Source: Chromera velia
Lineage: Eukaryota
Direction: 5' to 3'
DNA: 50,773 nt
NCBI GenBank assembly: GCA_018398765.1
Contig: JAHBMJ010000312.1
Location: forward strand, 1 to 50,773
The translations under genes were made by a program, and so were the position numbers. The notes beneath the pieces are model-generated. The model did no database searches, was not told the origin of the DNA, and worked only from the letters and a program-made list of their open reading frames with translations. This document shows, one piece after another, positions 1 to 11,560 of the stretch. The first letter of the stretch is position 1; each line of letters begins with the position of its first letter.

Positions 1-211
1 CCATCGTAGCGTATATCTCTGGCTAAAGCCAAGACAGACGGCCTCTCCTATGAACCTGAAAGTATGACGGAATCTTTATCATTTGTTTTTATACTAGGCG
101 ACGTACAGTGATAAAAAAAGAAGAAATGTTAAGAAGCTTAATCTTTTTAGACTTTTTTATTTCTTTATTTAGTATTTTATTTGAAGTGTTAACTAGAGAG
201 TGTTAAGTAAA

Positions 212-1697
212 CATCCCAGCAAGTTGTCAGGAATACGAAGGAATTAATTTAAGGTAGGAATATGAAGGAACATGCAGGAATATTAGGTAAGAATATAAAG
301 GAATATGTAGGATTATGCATACAGGAATATTGATTGATTGATTGATTGATTGATATGTTCTGCCCTAGGGCCTTCCCGCTATGTCTATCTGTCGCCAGAG
401 CTAGCAGGGCGGGGCGTTCCCCAGCTTAAGCTGAGGTATCAGACCCCGCCCTCGGGGTCTGCCAGAGTCTGTTGCCCTGGCCGCTGCTGCATGATTGTTG
501 GTTGTTCCAGCCACGGCTTTGATACATTCCACACTAGGCCTTCCCGCTATGTCCATATGAGGTAGGAATCTGCAGGTCAAAATTAGTAGGAATTTAAAAA
601 GTAAATTCGTGTAAAGTAAGAAATTATTAAAGAGAAAATTCTTTTGCACCCGGAATTTGATAAAAAACATAGGTAGGAATATGAAAGAATATGCAGGAAT
701 ATGCAGGAGTTTAGAGTATGATGGAAAATCTAGACAACTGTGCAGTAAGCATAACTGTTGCTAGACTGAAAAGTACTGAAAGGCACTTGGCAACCAAGCT
801 TATAAGATTGAGTCTTTATCTACTGTGGTCGGCAACCAATCCACCAGAGTCTAACAGGCCGGAAACTAGCGTAGAAGATTTTCCTACACGTACGAAAATA
901 GAGAATCTATTCGTCTACATCAAGCATAACACTTCCGACAACGTTGTACGTACAACACGTACTTTGCAATACAAACATATATCATTCACTGACATGCATA
1001 CATACATTGATTCTTCGATCCGATTCTTTATTGACTCACCTCACTGGCTTGAAATACGCGCGCGATCGTATGAAGATGCGGGAAAATCAGTTAAACTCAT
1101 TCACTCCTGATGCGTAATACGACCACTTGCCTCCATCTCGGACCTGGCAATCAATTTTTATCAAGTTCTATATATACAGCATCACTTTAGCCATGCATTT
1201 ACTTACTGTCTGGAAGTTGAAACCGTAGTGCACCGTTTCTTCCTTCACCGATCCTGTCATTTAATCACAAGTCATCATCAGAGTAGGAATATGAAGGAAC
1301 ATGCAGGAATATGAGGTATAGGAATATGAGAGAAAACATTAATTTCCTGGTAGCAGGCTGGTACTCGGAATTTTAATTCCAATTCCTATACCGATTTTGA
1401 CCCTTAGATGCCCTGACCCCGCTCATAGGACTTCTGCCTTCTCACAGTTTCAGGACGCCGGTGCGCATGAGTGTATGGTGAAGGAGTAGTAAGTGTTGAA
1501 TTTTCAGAAGAAAAAGATTATTCCCTTATATATTGCTGTATAATCCTACATATTCTTTCATATTTCTATAGCTAGTACCCCATATTCCTGCATATTCCTT
1601 CATATTCCTATCTCAAAATCCTTCTAATTCCTTCATATTCCTGGCTACCAGTGGCTAGATTCTTAGCTGCTAGCTTAGCTGGCAACTTGCAGGGATG
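212..1697. mobile_element. Non-autonomous TIR DNA transposon (~1.5 kb) with 4-bp TAAA target-site duplication
   Basis: Left end CATCCCAGCAAGTTGTCAG (212-) matches the reverse complement of the right end, CATCCCTGCAAGTTGCCAG (-1697). Sub-terminal AGGAATATGAAGGAA(C/T)ATGCAGGAATAT repeats occur at ~256, ~675, ~1285 and inverted at ~1545-1642. TAAA lies at 208-211 and 1698-1701. No transposase ORF. Confidence 0.8.
331..554 (-). mobile_element. Short GC-rich insertion with (ATCA)n tail nested in the TIR element; possible truncated retroelement 3' end
   Basis: Interrupts the AGGAATAT|GAGGTAGGAAT sub-terminal motif, with ATAT at 327-330 and 555-558. It has (TGAT)n at 331-354, an internal direct repeat GGCCTTCCCGCTATGTC (369-385, 537-553) and a hairpin AGACCCCG-CCCT-CGGGGTCT (441-460). 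Confidence 0.45.
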
Positions 1698-2455
1698 TAA
1701 AACAAACATATGTGGCTACTGTCTACAAAACCTACCTTAATTTGCTGAGATTGTTGGTCACTGCATGAAAAGAAAAAAAAAATAATATATGCTTATTTTT
1801 TTTTATTTATCAGTATATGTGCTAGACTGTGTATTGCCTAGTATGTCACCTAGCATGCTAAGCAATTGGTAACCAATTGCTCTGATACCTAAATTCAAAT
1901 GGCTGAACTTTAGAACGACTAGCTAGCAAAACACTGCGATGATAATATAGTTATATATATTCATTTGCTAGTCAATATTCAATCATACACAGCCATATAG
2001 AGCTATATACTAGTTCTTTAAACTAGATATTTCCTAATAAATTTCACTCAAAAAAAAATTTAATTAATGAATCATATCAATGAATTAATTAATCAATCAA
2101 TCAATGATAATATATAAGTATATAATCAGTCTTTTTTACCTGTTTCAAGGCCTGTCTATATAGTTAGTCATATTAAATACCATGAATTTCTACCCACACT
2201 ATCTGTTATGTCACTAGACTAAAGGTGTTGCGGAGTTTTACCAGTATAAACTACTAGCCTCTTCATCGTTTTCTTCATAAACTATGGTTAACCTCTACCA
2301 AGGGAGACAGTCAGCTTACCTTGAGCACAACTCACATAAGAGGTAAACTTCTACATGTTTAAGCTACTAATTTATTCTTAGTATTGTCTGCAGACTGATA
2401 TAACTTCTACCAGTTCTGGTTAGTAACCCCGAGAAAAAGATGCCACAATAGAGTC

Positions 2456-2620
2456 CTAGCTTCTACATATGTATGTCAGCACTTAGTGCTAGCTTTTACA
2501 TGTTTATATCAGCACTTAGTGCTACCTTTTACATATCTATGTTAGCATTTAGTACTAGCTACTACACGTCTATATCATTCAGTACTTAACGCTAGCTGCT
2601 ACGCGTCTATATATGTCATG
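2456..2620. repeat. 33-bp tandem repeat, ~5 degenerate copies
   Basis: Unit ~CTAGCTTTTACATGTTTATATCAGCACTTAGTG starts at 2456, 2489, 2522, 2555 and ~2592. Confidence 0.8.
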
Positions 2621-2724
2621 TATAGCTACTAGACGGACACGACAACGAAGAAAAGATGAACTTGACAATCGATTCTCTCTTTTTTTCTCTGTTTCAGCAA
2701 GAAGCTGTAAGACAGAGGGGAGGG

Positions 2725-3233
2725 TAGTGACCAGGTTTGATTTGATTTGATTTGATTTGAGGTTGGGCTTAACCTCAAATCAAATCTGTAGGTCTGATGG
2801 GGCTTGCTCTGACATCCCTATCAAATCTACATCAAATTTACCTCAAATTTAACTTTAATTTAACCTGAAATCTGTGCCCTGGGGGGGTTCACCCCCCAGA
2901 CTCCCCATTTTACTTGTTACAAAGGCGACTTAACATAACAAATAAAAACACATCTTAACAAAATAAAGTATTCCACCATTTTTAGAAAAAAAAAAATGCT
3001 GCAAAGTTGTTTTAAATCGAATCATTTCTTCAAAGACACTCAAAAAGCTAAAATTGTGAGTTGTTATTCGTAAAAACTAGGAGACCTTGCATGTTAAGGA
3101 ACTTATGAAGTTTAACCTCAAATCTAACCTCAAATCTGCCTAGATTTGCAAATTTAGAGCCTTAACCTCAAATCAAATCAAGTTAAATCAAATCAAATCA
3201 AATCTAAATCTATCAAATCAAACCTGGTCACTA
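2725..3233. mobile_element. hAT-like MITE (509 bp)
   Basis: TIRs TAGTGACCAGGTTTGATTTGA...TCAAATCAAACCTGGTCACTA. Exact 8-bp TSD GGGGAGGG (2717-2724, 3234-3241). Sub-terminal (TTTGA)n/(TCAAA)n and AACCTCAAAT motifs. Confidence 0.92.
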
Positions 3234-3334
3234 GGGGAGGGTGTTTTGACATGTATAGACAGAAAAGACAACGGAGAAAAGATGAACTTGGATCATCAAT
3301 TCTCTCTCCCCGTAGCCATGCAGCCTCGGCAAGC

Positions 3335-3448
3335 CTCGGTAAGGAAAGGTTAGCTAGATCTGCAAACAAAACCTTCATAAGGCTTGCACCCATACATAGC
3401 TTTGGCAAGGAGGAACTAGCTGGATCTGCAAGCAAGACTTTCATAAGG
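3335..3448. repeat. Tandem duplication, period 66 bp
   Basis: 3335-3382 aligns with 3401-3448 over 48 bp with 12 differences, all transitions. Confidence 0.8.
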
Positions 3449-3844
3449 TGTTAACCTAGGCTGGTAGAGGTTACTAGAGAGGTTAGCAATCAATCATAGC
3501 ATCGATCAGTAGGGGTCAAATACACCAGTTAGGAAGACTAGCAACATATTAGCAACTATGATATGTAGATGCTGCACCTAAATGTTTGTCATGCTGTGTC
3601 TTAGGTAGCAACCAATACAGATATATGTTTGTCATCTTAGGTAGTCGTGTTCTGAAGATGTTATCAGCTTATACAGGTAGAAGCTACGATATCAGTCACG
3701 TCTTCTACCAGTAGTACTCCGCAGCACCCTCAGTCTAGTGACATAGCAGCAAGGCTGAGTAGTTGAATTAGTATGTATAGTATTCTATAATATAGAAGTA
3801 CTTGAGTCGGTAATTTCAATCCAGCTAACTTTCATCTATGACAT

Positions 3845-6800
3845 CTAATCGTCATTGAAATCCAGGAGAGCGCTAGGGAGAGCGTTGTGGCCGAACTTTG
3901 CAGCGAACAGATACGGCATCCGACCGGGACGAAAAAGAGACCACAAAGCCTCCCCGGCACTTGAAGAAAGAGCAGCATCTGTGCAAAAGATGCTTACAAG
4001 AGGAGCGGGTTGACGACTCCCCCAGGCTTCAGCCAGAGTTCGGAACCTGTCGTTTGTCATAGACACACTAGATAAGCCCAAACTCTGCAAGCAGGGCAAT
4101 TTCTCTGCAATCAGGACTTCTGAAAGAACCTTCCAGCCGTCATTCCCGAGAGTCCCCAAAGCCATGTTCTCCAACTTCAGAGAGTTCAGAGACTGCAGCT
4201 GACCACCCCCCAGCCCCAAAACTAGCAGTCGGATCTCATCGAGGTCCATCAGACCCTCGACAACAAGAGATTCGATGCGGCACAGAGCCCCTGCGCTCAA
4301 TGTTTTTGCAAACATTCGCACCGCATCCCAGACAACAGACTTGTTTGCGTCGTCCGGTGGTGCACCTCCCCGAAATCTCACCGTCAGATTCCTCAGACAA
4401 CGGATTGACGGAGAAACGAGAGCCCGGCTGCCAAACTGACGGCTTGCATCGCAGCCTCACAACCACTCCCTGTGATTCAGAAGCCTATTTCCATTTCCCT
4501 CAACCCCGGCACTTTTCCCGCCGCCACCAGCTCTGACAAATATTTTGACCTCACGGCACTCAGGCAAGGACTAGAACGGAAACGTGAAGGGGGAAAGAAT
4601 GAATGAAGAGACGGGAAGCGTCCAGGACCCCGGGACATTCCGCGGAGAAGCGGGACAGCCTGATCGAACAACACACCCTCCCCTGCATACTCGACCCACC
4701 TACCACTATGCACGACCTCTTCGAGAAAATCCAGGTGTGCGTGTGCATCTGAAAAAGCCTCCCCAAGTGCTTCCCGACCTGTCTCACTGAGCAACTCCCC
4801 CCCATTCAGCTCTAATCTCCTCAATCCCGACAATTTCCCACCACGAACAACGTCGGAGAAAGCAGTCACTGTTCTCTCTGTCGACCACCCCTCTCCCCCC
4901 AAAACCACGTCCAACAAAACAGGAGGGGCAATACTCCCTCCTGAAAATCCTTCGCACACAGTCCCAAAAATCTCATAACGACGCAAGTTGAGTTTCACAT
5001 TTCGAAGCGAAAGGACTCTGCCTGTGCTCAAGACTTCACCAAACCTCCTGCCCCCCTCTGAGTCCCCCTCCCCACACTCCACACACAGGGTCAAATTACG
5101 AAGAGACCCCAACCCTCCCGCATCCAATCCCTCTGCAAACCCCGCAACCCCCCCAGATTCCTTTTCCCACCAGCCAAGCCGGAGGTTTGACAGAGACGGG
5201 CAACCACCACCCCTAAGGGCCGCCCCAAAAGCGGACACAGCATACGCATTCATATGACCGCTCTGGTGCACCAACCGGCTCATATAAGCGGGTGTGCGAG
5301 TCAAATTCAAACCCCTAAATTTGTCGAAGACGAGGTAACAGTTTTCCAATGACGACAACCCACCCCCCTGAATGCCCTCTGCAAGTGCCATCAAAGTGCC
5401 GTCAGAGACGACTAACAGCTTTTGGAGGTCCAGACTTCTCAGGCAGCGTGTATGACCGCCCCCCAAGCTGCGGGCCAGAGTGATACGGCTGGTCTGGCTG
5501 CGAGCTCGCAATAAGACACTTTGCGGACTTGAGTCAGCATCAATTTGAAACTTCAGTGCCCTCAATTCAAAGAGGTGTTCTGAACTCACCGCACTGGCAA
5601 ATCTTTCAACCCCCACTGCGTGACCAGTTCTTGGAACAATTTCAAGCTCCTGCAGAGCGGGCGCACGCTCTCCAGCGAGTGCGTTAGAAAAAGCTGTCAA
5701 CTGCGAATCGGGCATGGGATTCTTGTCGAGATGAAGTTTGTGGAGTTTCAGGAAACGCTCTCCCGAGATCAACACATCCGGGGAAACTGGAAATCGCCCT
5801 ACTGGAAAGCCCCCCCCCGCTTCCCCATGCACTGCCTGTCCCCCCCCTCGTGCGGCCACCTGTCCCCCCCCCCCGCTCGAACAGATTATTGCCCCTCAAG
5901 TCAATTTCCTCCAACTCCTTCAACGAACTCGTACGAAGGAGCATGGAGAGCGGCACAAAATCTCTCTCCTCCCTGACCACCCGTAACACCACCGTTCACG
6001 TGTGTGAGCTAAGTGTCCTTGAGGACCAAAACTCGCAGGTGCGGCACCCCTTTTGCGTTGATTGCAGAAGCCAGGTGCCTCAGGCTGATACCCAAAGCCC
6101 TGATCACATTTCCTGCAGATCTAGGTTTCTCAGAGAGGTCAATCTTTTCTCCTTCATTGCCTCCCCTAGGGCCTCCACCCCCCGAACTCGAGTCAGGGTT
6201 CGAGCAAGATTGAGGGGCTCTAAACGGACTGCCTTCTATTGCTGCGACTGAGGTTGACTGAGCCCAACGGCCACTGTGAACCAATGGCAAAGGGCAGAGA
6301 AAAAGTCCTGCTGTTGGGTGGAGAGGGCCTTCATGAGTGCCCTCACTCCGGAAGAGCCGAGAGGGTTATCACTCAGATTCAGACTGCGAATTTGTGGCCC
6401 CCCCTCAGACGACAGCACCTTCCCAAAGGCCCCTACTGCAGAGGGGCCCCAGAGTCGGTTGCCCTCTACGCTCAGGTTTTCCAGAGAGGGGGGAAGGGAG
6501 CCGAACATGGCCACAGTGACTGCGGCCTCATTGGCAAGGTTGCATTTGACAAGCTGCAGGGACTTCAACCAAAAGGGTGCAGCCCCTCTTCCCTCCGGGC
6601 CGTTTTTCAGGAATGAAAGAAAAACCTGAAAGGCTGCGTCCTTGCAGACGGGAGGCCGAGCCCCGCACCGGAGCGTCTCCACTTGATCAGGCAGGGAAGA
6701 CAGGAGAAGGCTTAGCTGTGATGCCTCCAAAGAAAGACCTGAAAGGTCGAGAACTGGGAAGGGGAGGTCAAGCCGTCCTCTTTGGATCAAATTCAAGAGG

Positions 6801-6901
6801 AGCCACCCTAGCCCAAAACTGTCTCTGTGCCATTCAAGCTCAGAGATCGCTTCTGAGCTCGGAACTGCGTGCTCAGTAAGGATAATGGCAGAAGTGTCCA
6901 T
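3845..6901 (-). pseudogene. Intronless RNI-like leucine-rich-repeat family gene, disrupted
   Basis: Consecutive minus-strand ORFs (6236-6901, 6009-6290, 5684-5992, 4477-5859, 3845-4381) carry LRR motifs (LENLSVEGN, IRSLNLSDNPL, LEEIDLRGNNL, LHKLHLDKNPM, LQSLGLSSV). They are joined by frameshifts near ~6300, ~6010, the C-run at ~5864-5874 and ~4415, and an in-frame TGA at 4477-4479. Confidence 0.75.
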
Positions 6902-7949
6902 TGAGGGCCTCTATTTACTGGCTTCCTTGAGTCGTTGTGTCAGGACTTTGACCAACCCAGCAAAGCCAAAATTGAAGAGAACAGGACGCGAACTTGTCTG
7001 TGAAGTTCAGGCGGAACACTCTGAAAAGTTCTAAAGCCCACAAATTTCAGTGAAAAGGTGTGATCATTGCTGTGTGGGCTAAACGTCGAGAGTAGTGCTG
7101 CATAGTACAGCAAATTATGCACATCCCAATGATCTCATTCACTCTAAACACTTGGGTGTGGCACCGTAGATCCATGTGTTGTCACGTCATATATGCTGCG
7201 ATCTGCTGCAACGATAAACAGTGAAACGGCCGGGTAACGCGACACTGCATGAGTTGGCCGGGGGATGTTGGGGGCCGTTGCATGGCCCCGCGGAGGGCAG
7301 AGCGCGGTTTGGAACGTGTTCGCACGGAGCTATAGCTCTCCGCTTAAACCGCCGCCGCCGCCGCGACCTCTCATGCAGAAAGAACTGTTCTCCTGCTGCA
7401 GGCACAGAGCAGCAGTATGACTGACTTTCTTGGATCAATGCCCCCTTTCTGCTTGAGAGGTGCAAAAAGCGATCCGCTTGGTCAAACGCTTTCTGTCTGG
7501 CTGCTTCGCCGTGCCAAACCTTGGAGCATTGTGCCAGGAGCCGGGTTCTCTCAGACTGGCATTTGCGCATGCAACATCTGTCTGTGTTCGCTTGCCAGTG
7601 CCAAAACACCGTCACTCTTACCTTGGCAGGTTTACCTTCGACTTTCTACTGGAAAGAAAGGCAGGACACGGGTACGTTCAATGACAGTCAAAGCCGGTTC
7701 GGTTCAGGCCGCAATCGATTTTCTTGCGAATTTGTCTGACCTTCGTAGCAGCAAGCACTCTTTACAAACAATCCGTCCATTCCTCTGACTGAGAAGGGAA
7801 GAACATCGGCATTCATGTGATCCTTTACGCGCCGATTCTATTGAATTTCCGGTTTCGTATCAAAAGAGTTGTAAGGAGGCATTCTTTTTGCGCCTTTCTT
7901 CCTGCTTGCAGGAACCTCATACTGATTTATTCATCGATCTATCTCAAAA

Positions 7950-10900
7950 ATGGAGGAGTACTTTCCTGATGTGCTTGCGATTCTCGAGAAGCACAAAAAG
8001 GACAGGGCTTTGCTGCGGGGGACTGGAGTTCTGTTTCGCAACACTAGACCGCCGCAGACAGGTCAGACACTTGCAATTGCTCTTGTCAGATGACCTTTCT
8101 GGAGACATGATTCCTTTTTGTGGTGTAAGTATGGACCACTCGGCCTGACCCGCGCTGCCAGTAATGCGGCATGTTGCCCCGCTTAGTATATTCAAGACTA
8201 CGGCGGCAGTCTACAGGTGTCACGTCGAACATTCCGAACAAATGCATCGCTGTCATGGACGGTCGTGGGGTTGTGTATTGATGTGTACATCCCTTTACAC
8301 GTGTACAGGCTTTTCTGTCTTTTTTTTGCCGCACCTCTCGCAGCTGCTCACTGCCCTGCCCTGCCTGCTTTGCTGCGTCTCTGCATGCAGAATTGCCGAA
8401 AACGCGCGAAAGAGGAGGGGAAAGGGAGGGGGAAAATTATGAACGGGGACCGGGAGGAAGTGTGCAGAGAGTCGGAGGAGGAAATGAAGGAGAGGAAGGC
8501 GAAGGGGAAACGTCAAGTTCACACACGCTGACACAGGCTGACCGGAATCAGGGGTCAGTCATTGATCCTCCTGTTGGTCCCTCTCATACATGTCATTCAT
8601 GCAGTCAATCAACCTACCAAGCTTAAACGATCGCTTATGCTTCAAATGTCCCATGCAACGTCCATGCTGGTTTGCATCGCTCCATGGGTTTGATCATTCA
8701 GATTCATCTGCCCGTCTGCTCGGCTTTCCCCCAATCTTTTGATCGAAACTTGAAGGTTCCGTGTCAAGGCATGTCTCTTCTGTCTCAATTGTTTTGCTTC
8801 ACGGTAATAATTGTCTTCAAGATATCCGGTGTCAGCCTACTCGAAACACATTCCTGCCTCCACGCGGGTTTGCATGACTGCTGCAGCGCCGATGGCTCCC
8901 TTCCAGCACCTGTCCCTCCAAACGAAAACGGAGAGGAGAGAGAGGAGACAGACCCACAGGCCCTCACCGACTCCTCAAAAAAGGGGGATCTCCTGAAGGC
9001 GAAGCACATCATCGAGTGCGGAAGGGCCAAGCTGAGCTTGGACTGGCAGGACGAGAACGGAATGACAGCCCTGCTTTGGGCCTCTCTCAACGGCCACACG
9101 GACATTGTACGGCTGCTGGTGGATGCAAAGGCCAACGTGGACATTCAGGACCAACCCGGAATGACAGCCCTGATGGGGGCCTCTGTCAACGGCCACACGG
9201 ACATTGTGCGGCTGCTGGTCGATGCGAAGGCCAACGTGGACATGCAGGACAGAATACACAAAAAGACAGCCCTGCTTTGGGCCTCTGACGAAGGCCACAC
9301 GGACATTGTGCGGCTGCTGGTCGATGCGAAGGCCAACGTTAACATGCAGGACCAAGCCGGAATGACAGCCCTGATGGGGGCCTCTGTCAACGGCCACACG
9401 GAAGTTGTGCGGCTGCTGGTCGATGCGAAGGCCAACGTGGACATGCAGGACAGAATATACAGAAAGACAGCCCTACTTTGGGCCTCTAACAAAGGCCACA
9501 CGGACATTGTGCGGCTGCTGGTGGATGCAAAGGCCAACGTGGACATTCAGGACCAATCCGGAATGACAGCCCTGCTTTGGGCCTCTGTCAACGGCCACAC
9601 GGACATTGTGCGGCTGCTGGTGGATGCAAAGGCCAACGTGGACATGCAGGACAAAGAAGGAAATTCCGTCTTGATGCTTGCAATAGAGAAGGAAAATGTT
9701 GCGATGGTGGAGCATCTCCTTGCACGGCCGGGCGGTGCAACCCAAACTTTCGTGAATATTCCTGACTCACAGGGCCGAACGCCCCTCTTTCGCGCTGCGG
9801 CAGGAGGGCACATTCTGCTCGTAGAGCTCCTGCTCAGACGGGGAGCAGACCCCTCTTTAAGAGACGCTAGCGGAAACACAGCACTTGCAGTTGCTGAAGA
9901 CGCAGGAAAGCTGCATGTGGTAGAGAGACTGAAGAGCGGAGAGCGAATGGTCGATCCTTGGTCGACAGAAATGGTGTCGGAGTGGAATGATTTGAGGTCC
10001 CTAATTGACAGCGAAGCTGTCGCGTTCTGGCCTTTGGACTTTCTCAGGTCCCTGCTGAAGAAAGGTGCGAAGTTGCCTTACCGTCAAAAGATAGCAGAAA
10101 CGGCGAAAGATCTTGGTGTAGTTTGTGAGCCCTTTTCCGCTCGCAGACTTGCAGCCGACCTCCGACACCCTGTTGGAGCGCCTTTCAAGCTTGTGGCTGT
10201 CAGCTATCCGTGGCTGTCGCAAGAGCATCCCGACCCAGAGGGCTTCCGTCTCCGAAGTGTCCTCAAGCATCTTGACAAGCAGTGGTGGGCCCAGGACGGC
10301 TCTCCTGTGACTGTCTTTGTGTTTTGGGACTACCTGTCCCTCTTCCAACACCCCCCAGGGGAAAGACGCACCGATGCTCAAGACGCGCTATTTAAAGAAG
10401 GTCTTTGCAAAATGGACCTCATCTACAGCAGCCCGCACACACACGTCATCCGCTCTACAGCAGTTCCTGAAAGCGCTGCAAACCCCACAAAGTGCGTCGA
10501 TAGGGGTTGGTGCTGGTTTGAGTCTGCAGTCACAGCCTTCAAGCCCCCCGCTCAGGTTCTGAGTGACGACAGCGATCAGGAGCGACCTTCCCTCAGTGTC
10601 CCCGCCACCCCGCTGAGATTCGGCGAGACTCTTGACACGAAAAAGTTCACAAACGGAAAAGCCGATGCGGAAGGTGTGAAGGTGCTGTACAAAAACTTTC
10701 TCCGCCGATCCACACACAAACTGCGGGTCTTTGCAGAGGGCTCCTGGGCTTCCTCCCGAGAAGCTCGAAAGCAAATGGACCCCCAAGCAGCTCTCCAACT
10801 GGCTGCCCTAGTCGAGTATGTTGGTGCTGACCCGTCGTTAGCAGCCAGACTGCAACCCCAAGTGCTCGACCTGAGGGGGTCGCCATTCGATGATGCAGCA

Positions 10901-11560
10901 CTTGAAATTTATGACGATTTCCTCTCTCTAGAAGAGTCTTCAGAGCTGACACTCAGCCTTGAGCGTTTGCTTTGCGCTTTCGGCAAACTGGGAAGCATCA
11001 CTGCTGTCAGCTTCGAAGCTCTAGGCGTCTCTCGTAGACTCGATAACGCTTCCAAAAAGGTCTACATGGATGGGCTGCAAAGAGGGCTGGCCGGTCTTTT
11101 TCCGGCAGAGGGACCCTGTCCTCTTGATACCACCCTGCCCCTTCTGGCTTCGGCTGGAATGACAGAGGTCAGCTGAATTGACGTATGCTTGCAGCGATCT
11201 GATTCTTTTCTTTTGTTTGCGGAACGTCGACCTTCGTCCTCACGGATAGGGCTGGACTGAAAGCCTTCAGGAGAAATCATTGAGTGCCGTTTCTCTCTCT
11301 TTCCTCTCTCTTCTCTATCTCCTCTCTCAGTCCCCGTGTTTGCCTGATTGATCAGTCATCTTTGACAAGGAATCGACTACACGCAGCGTCATGGATCCTG
11401 AATACTGCTGCACTGCATGTGCGCGCAGGTGATTGGCCGCATGATTCGTGAAAGCAAGACTGTGAATGTCGATGTTAGGGATGAGGAAAGGGGAAAGACA
11501 GCCTTGATGGGGGCCACACGGACATTGTGCGGCTGCTGGTCGATGCGAAGGCCAACGTAG
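7950..11560 (+). CDS. Ankyrin-repeat + HET/TIR-like domain protein (exons 7950-8061, 8391-8511, 8887-11167, 11429-11560), truncated at the start of a second ankyrin array
   Basis: Phase-consistent GT-AG introns. Six near-identical ANK repeats (~9040-9660) plus ~3 divergent ones. HET-like motifs VAVSYPWLSQEHPDP, VFWDYLSLFQ, KMDLIY and RGWCWFE at ~10190-10522. The last exon frameshifts at ~11515 and stops at 11558-11560. Confidence 0.75.

Larger units (their letters stand above)
2186..3769. mobile_element. Old degenerate inverted-repeat element hosting the hAT MITE
   Basis: CTGTTATGTCACTAGACTAAAGGTGTTGCGGAGT (2203-2236) matches the reverse complement of ~3716-3749, CTGCTATGTCACTAGACTGAGGGTGCTGCGGAGT (4 differences, all transitions). 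Exact ends and TSD are not resolvable. Confidence 0.55.

Noticed and set aside
718..1110. 130-aa ORF inside the TIR element as a transposase
   Set aside because: No DDE, zinc-finger or HTH motif recognisable; probably a chance ORF.
1862..1890. Palindrome GCAATTGGT-A-ACCAATTGC next to a tRNA-Met PBS-like sequence (reverse complement AGGTATCAGAGC); TGGTATCAG also at ~33430
   Set aside because: Imperfect match, with no adjacent TG...CA LTR or gag/pol remnant.
2456..2620. 33-bp repeats as a CRISPR array
   Set aside because: Head-to-tail degenerate units with no unique spacers, in a eukaryotic context.
8672..8886. 5' extension of the 834-aa ORF as the protein N-terminus
   Set aside because: Non-ATG start; better explained as intron sequence before the acceptor at 8886 in a phase-consistent model.
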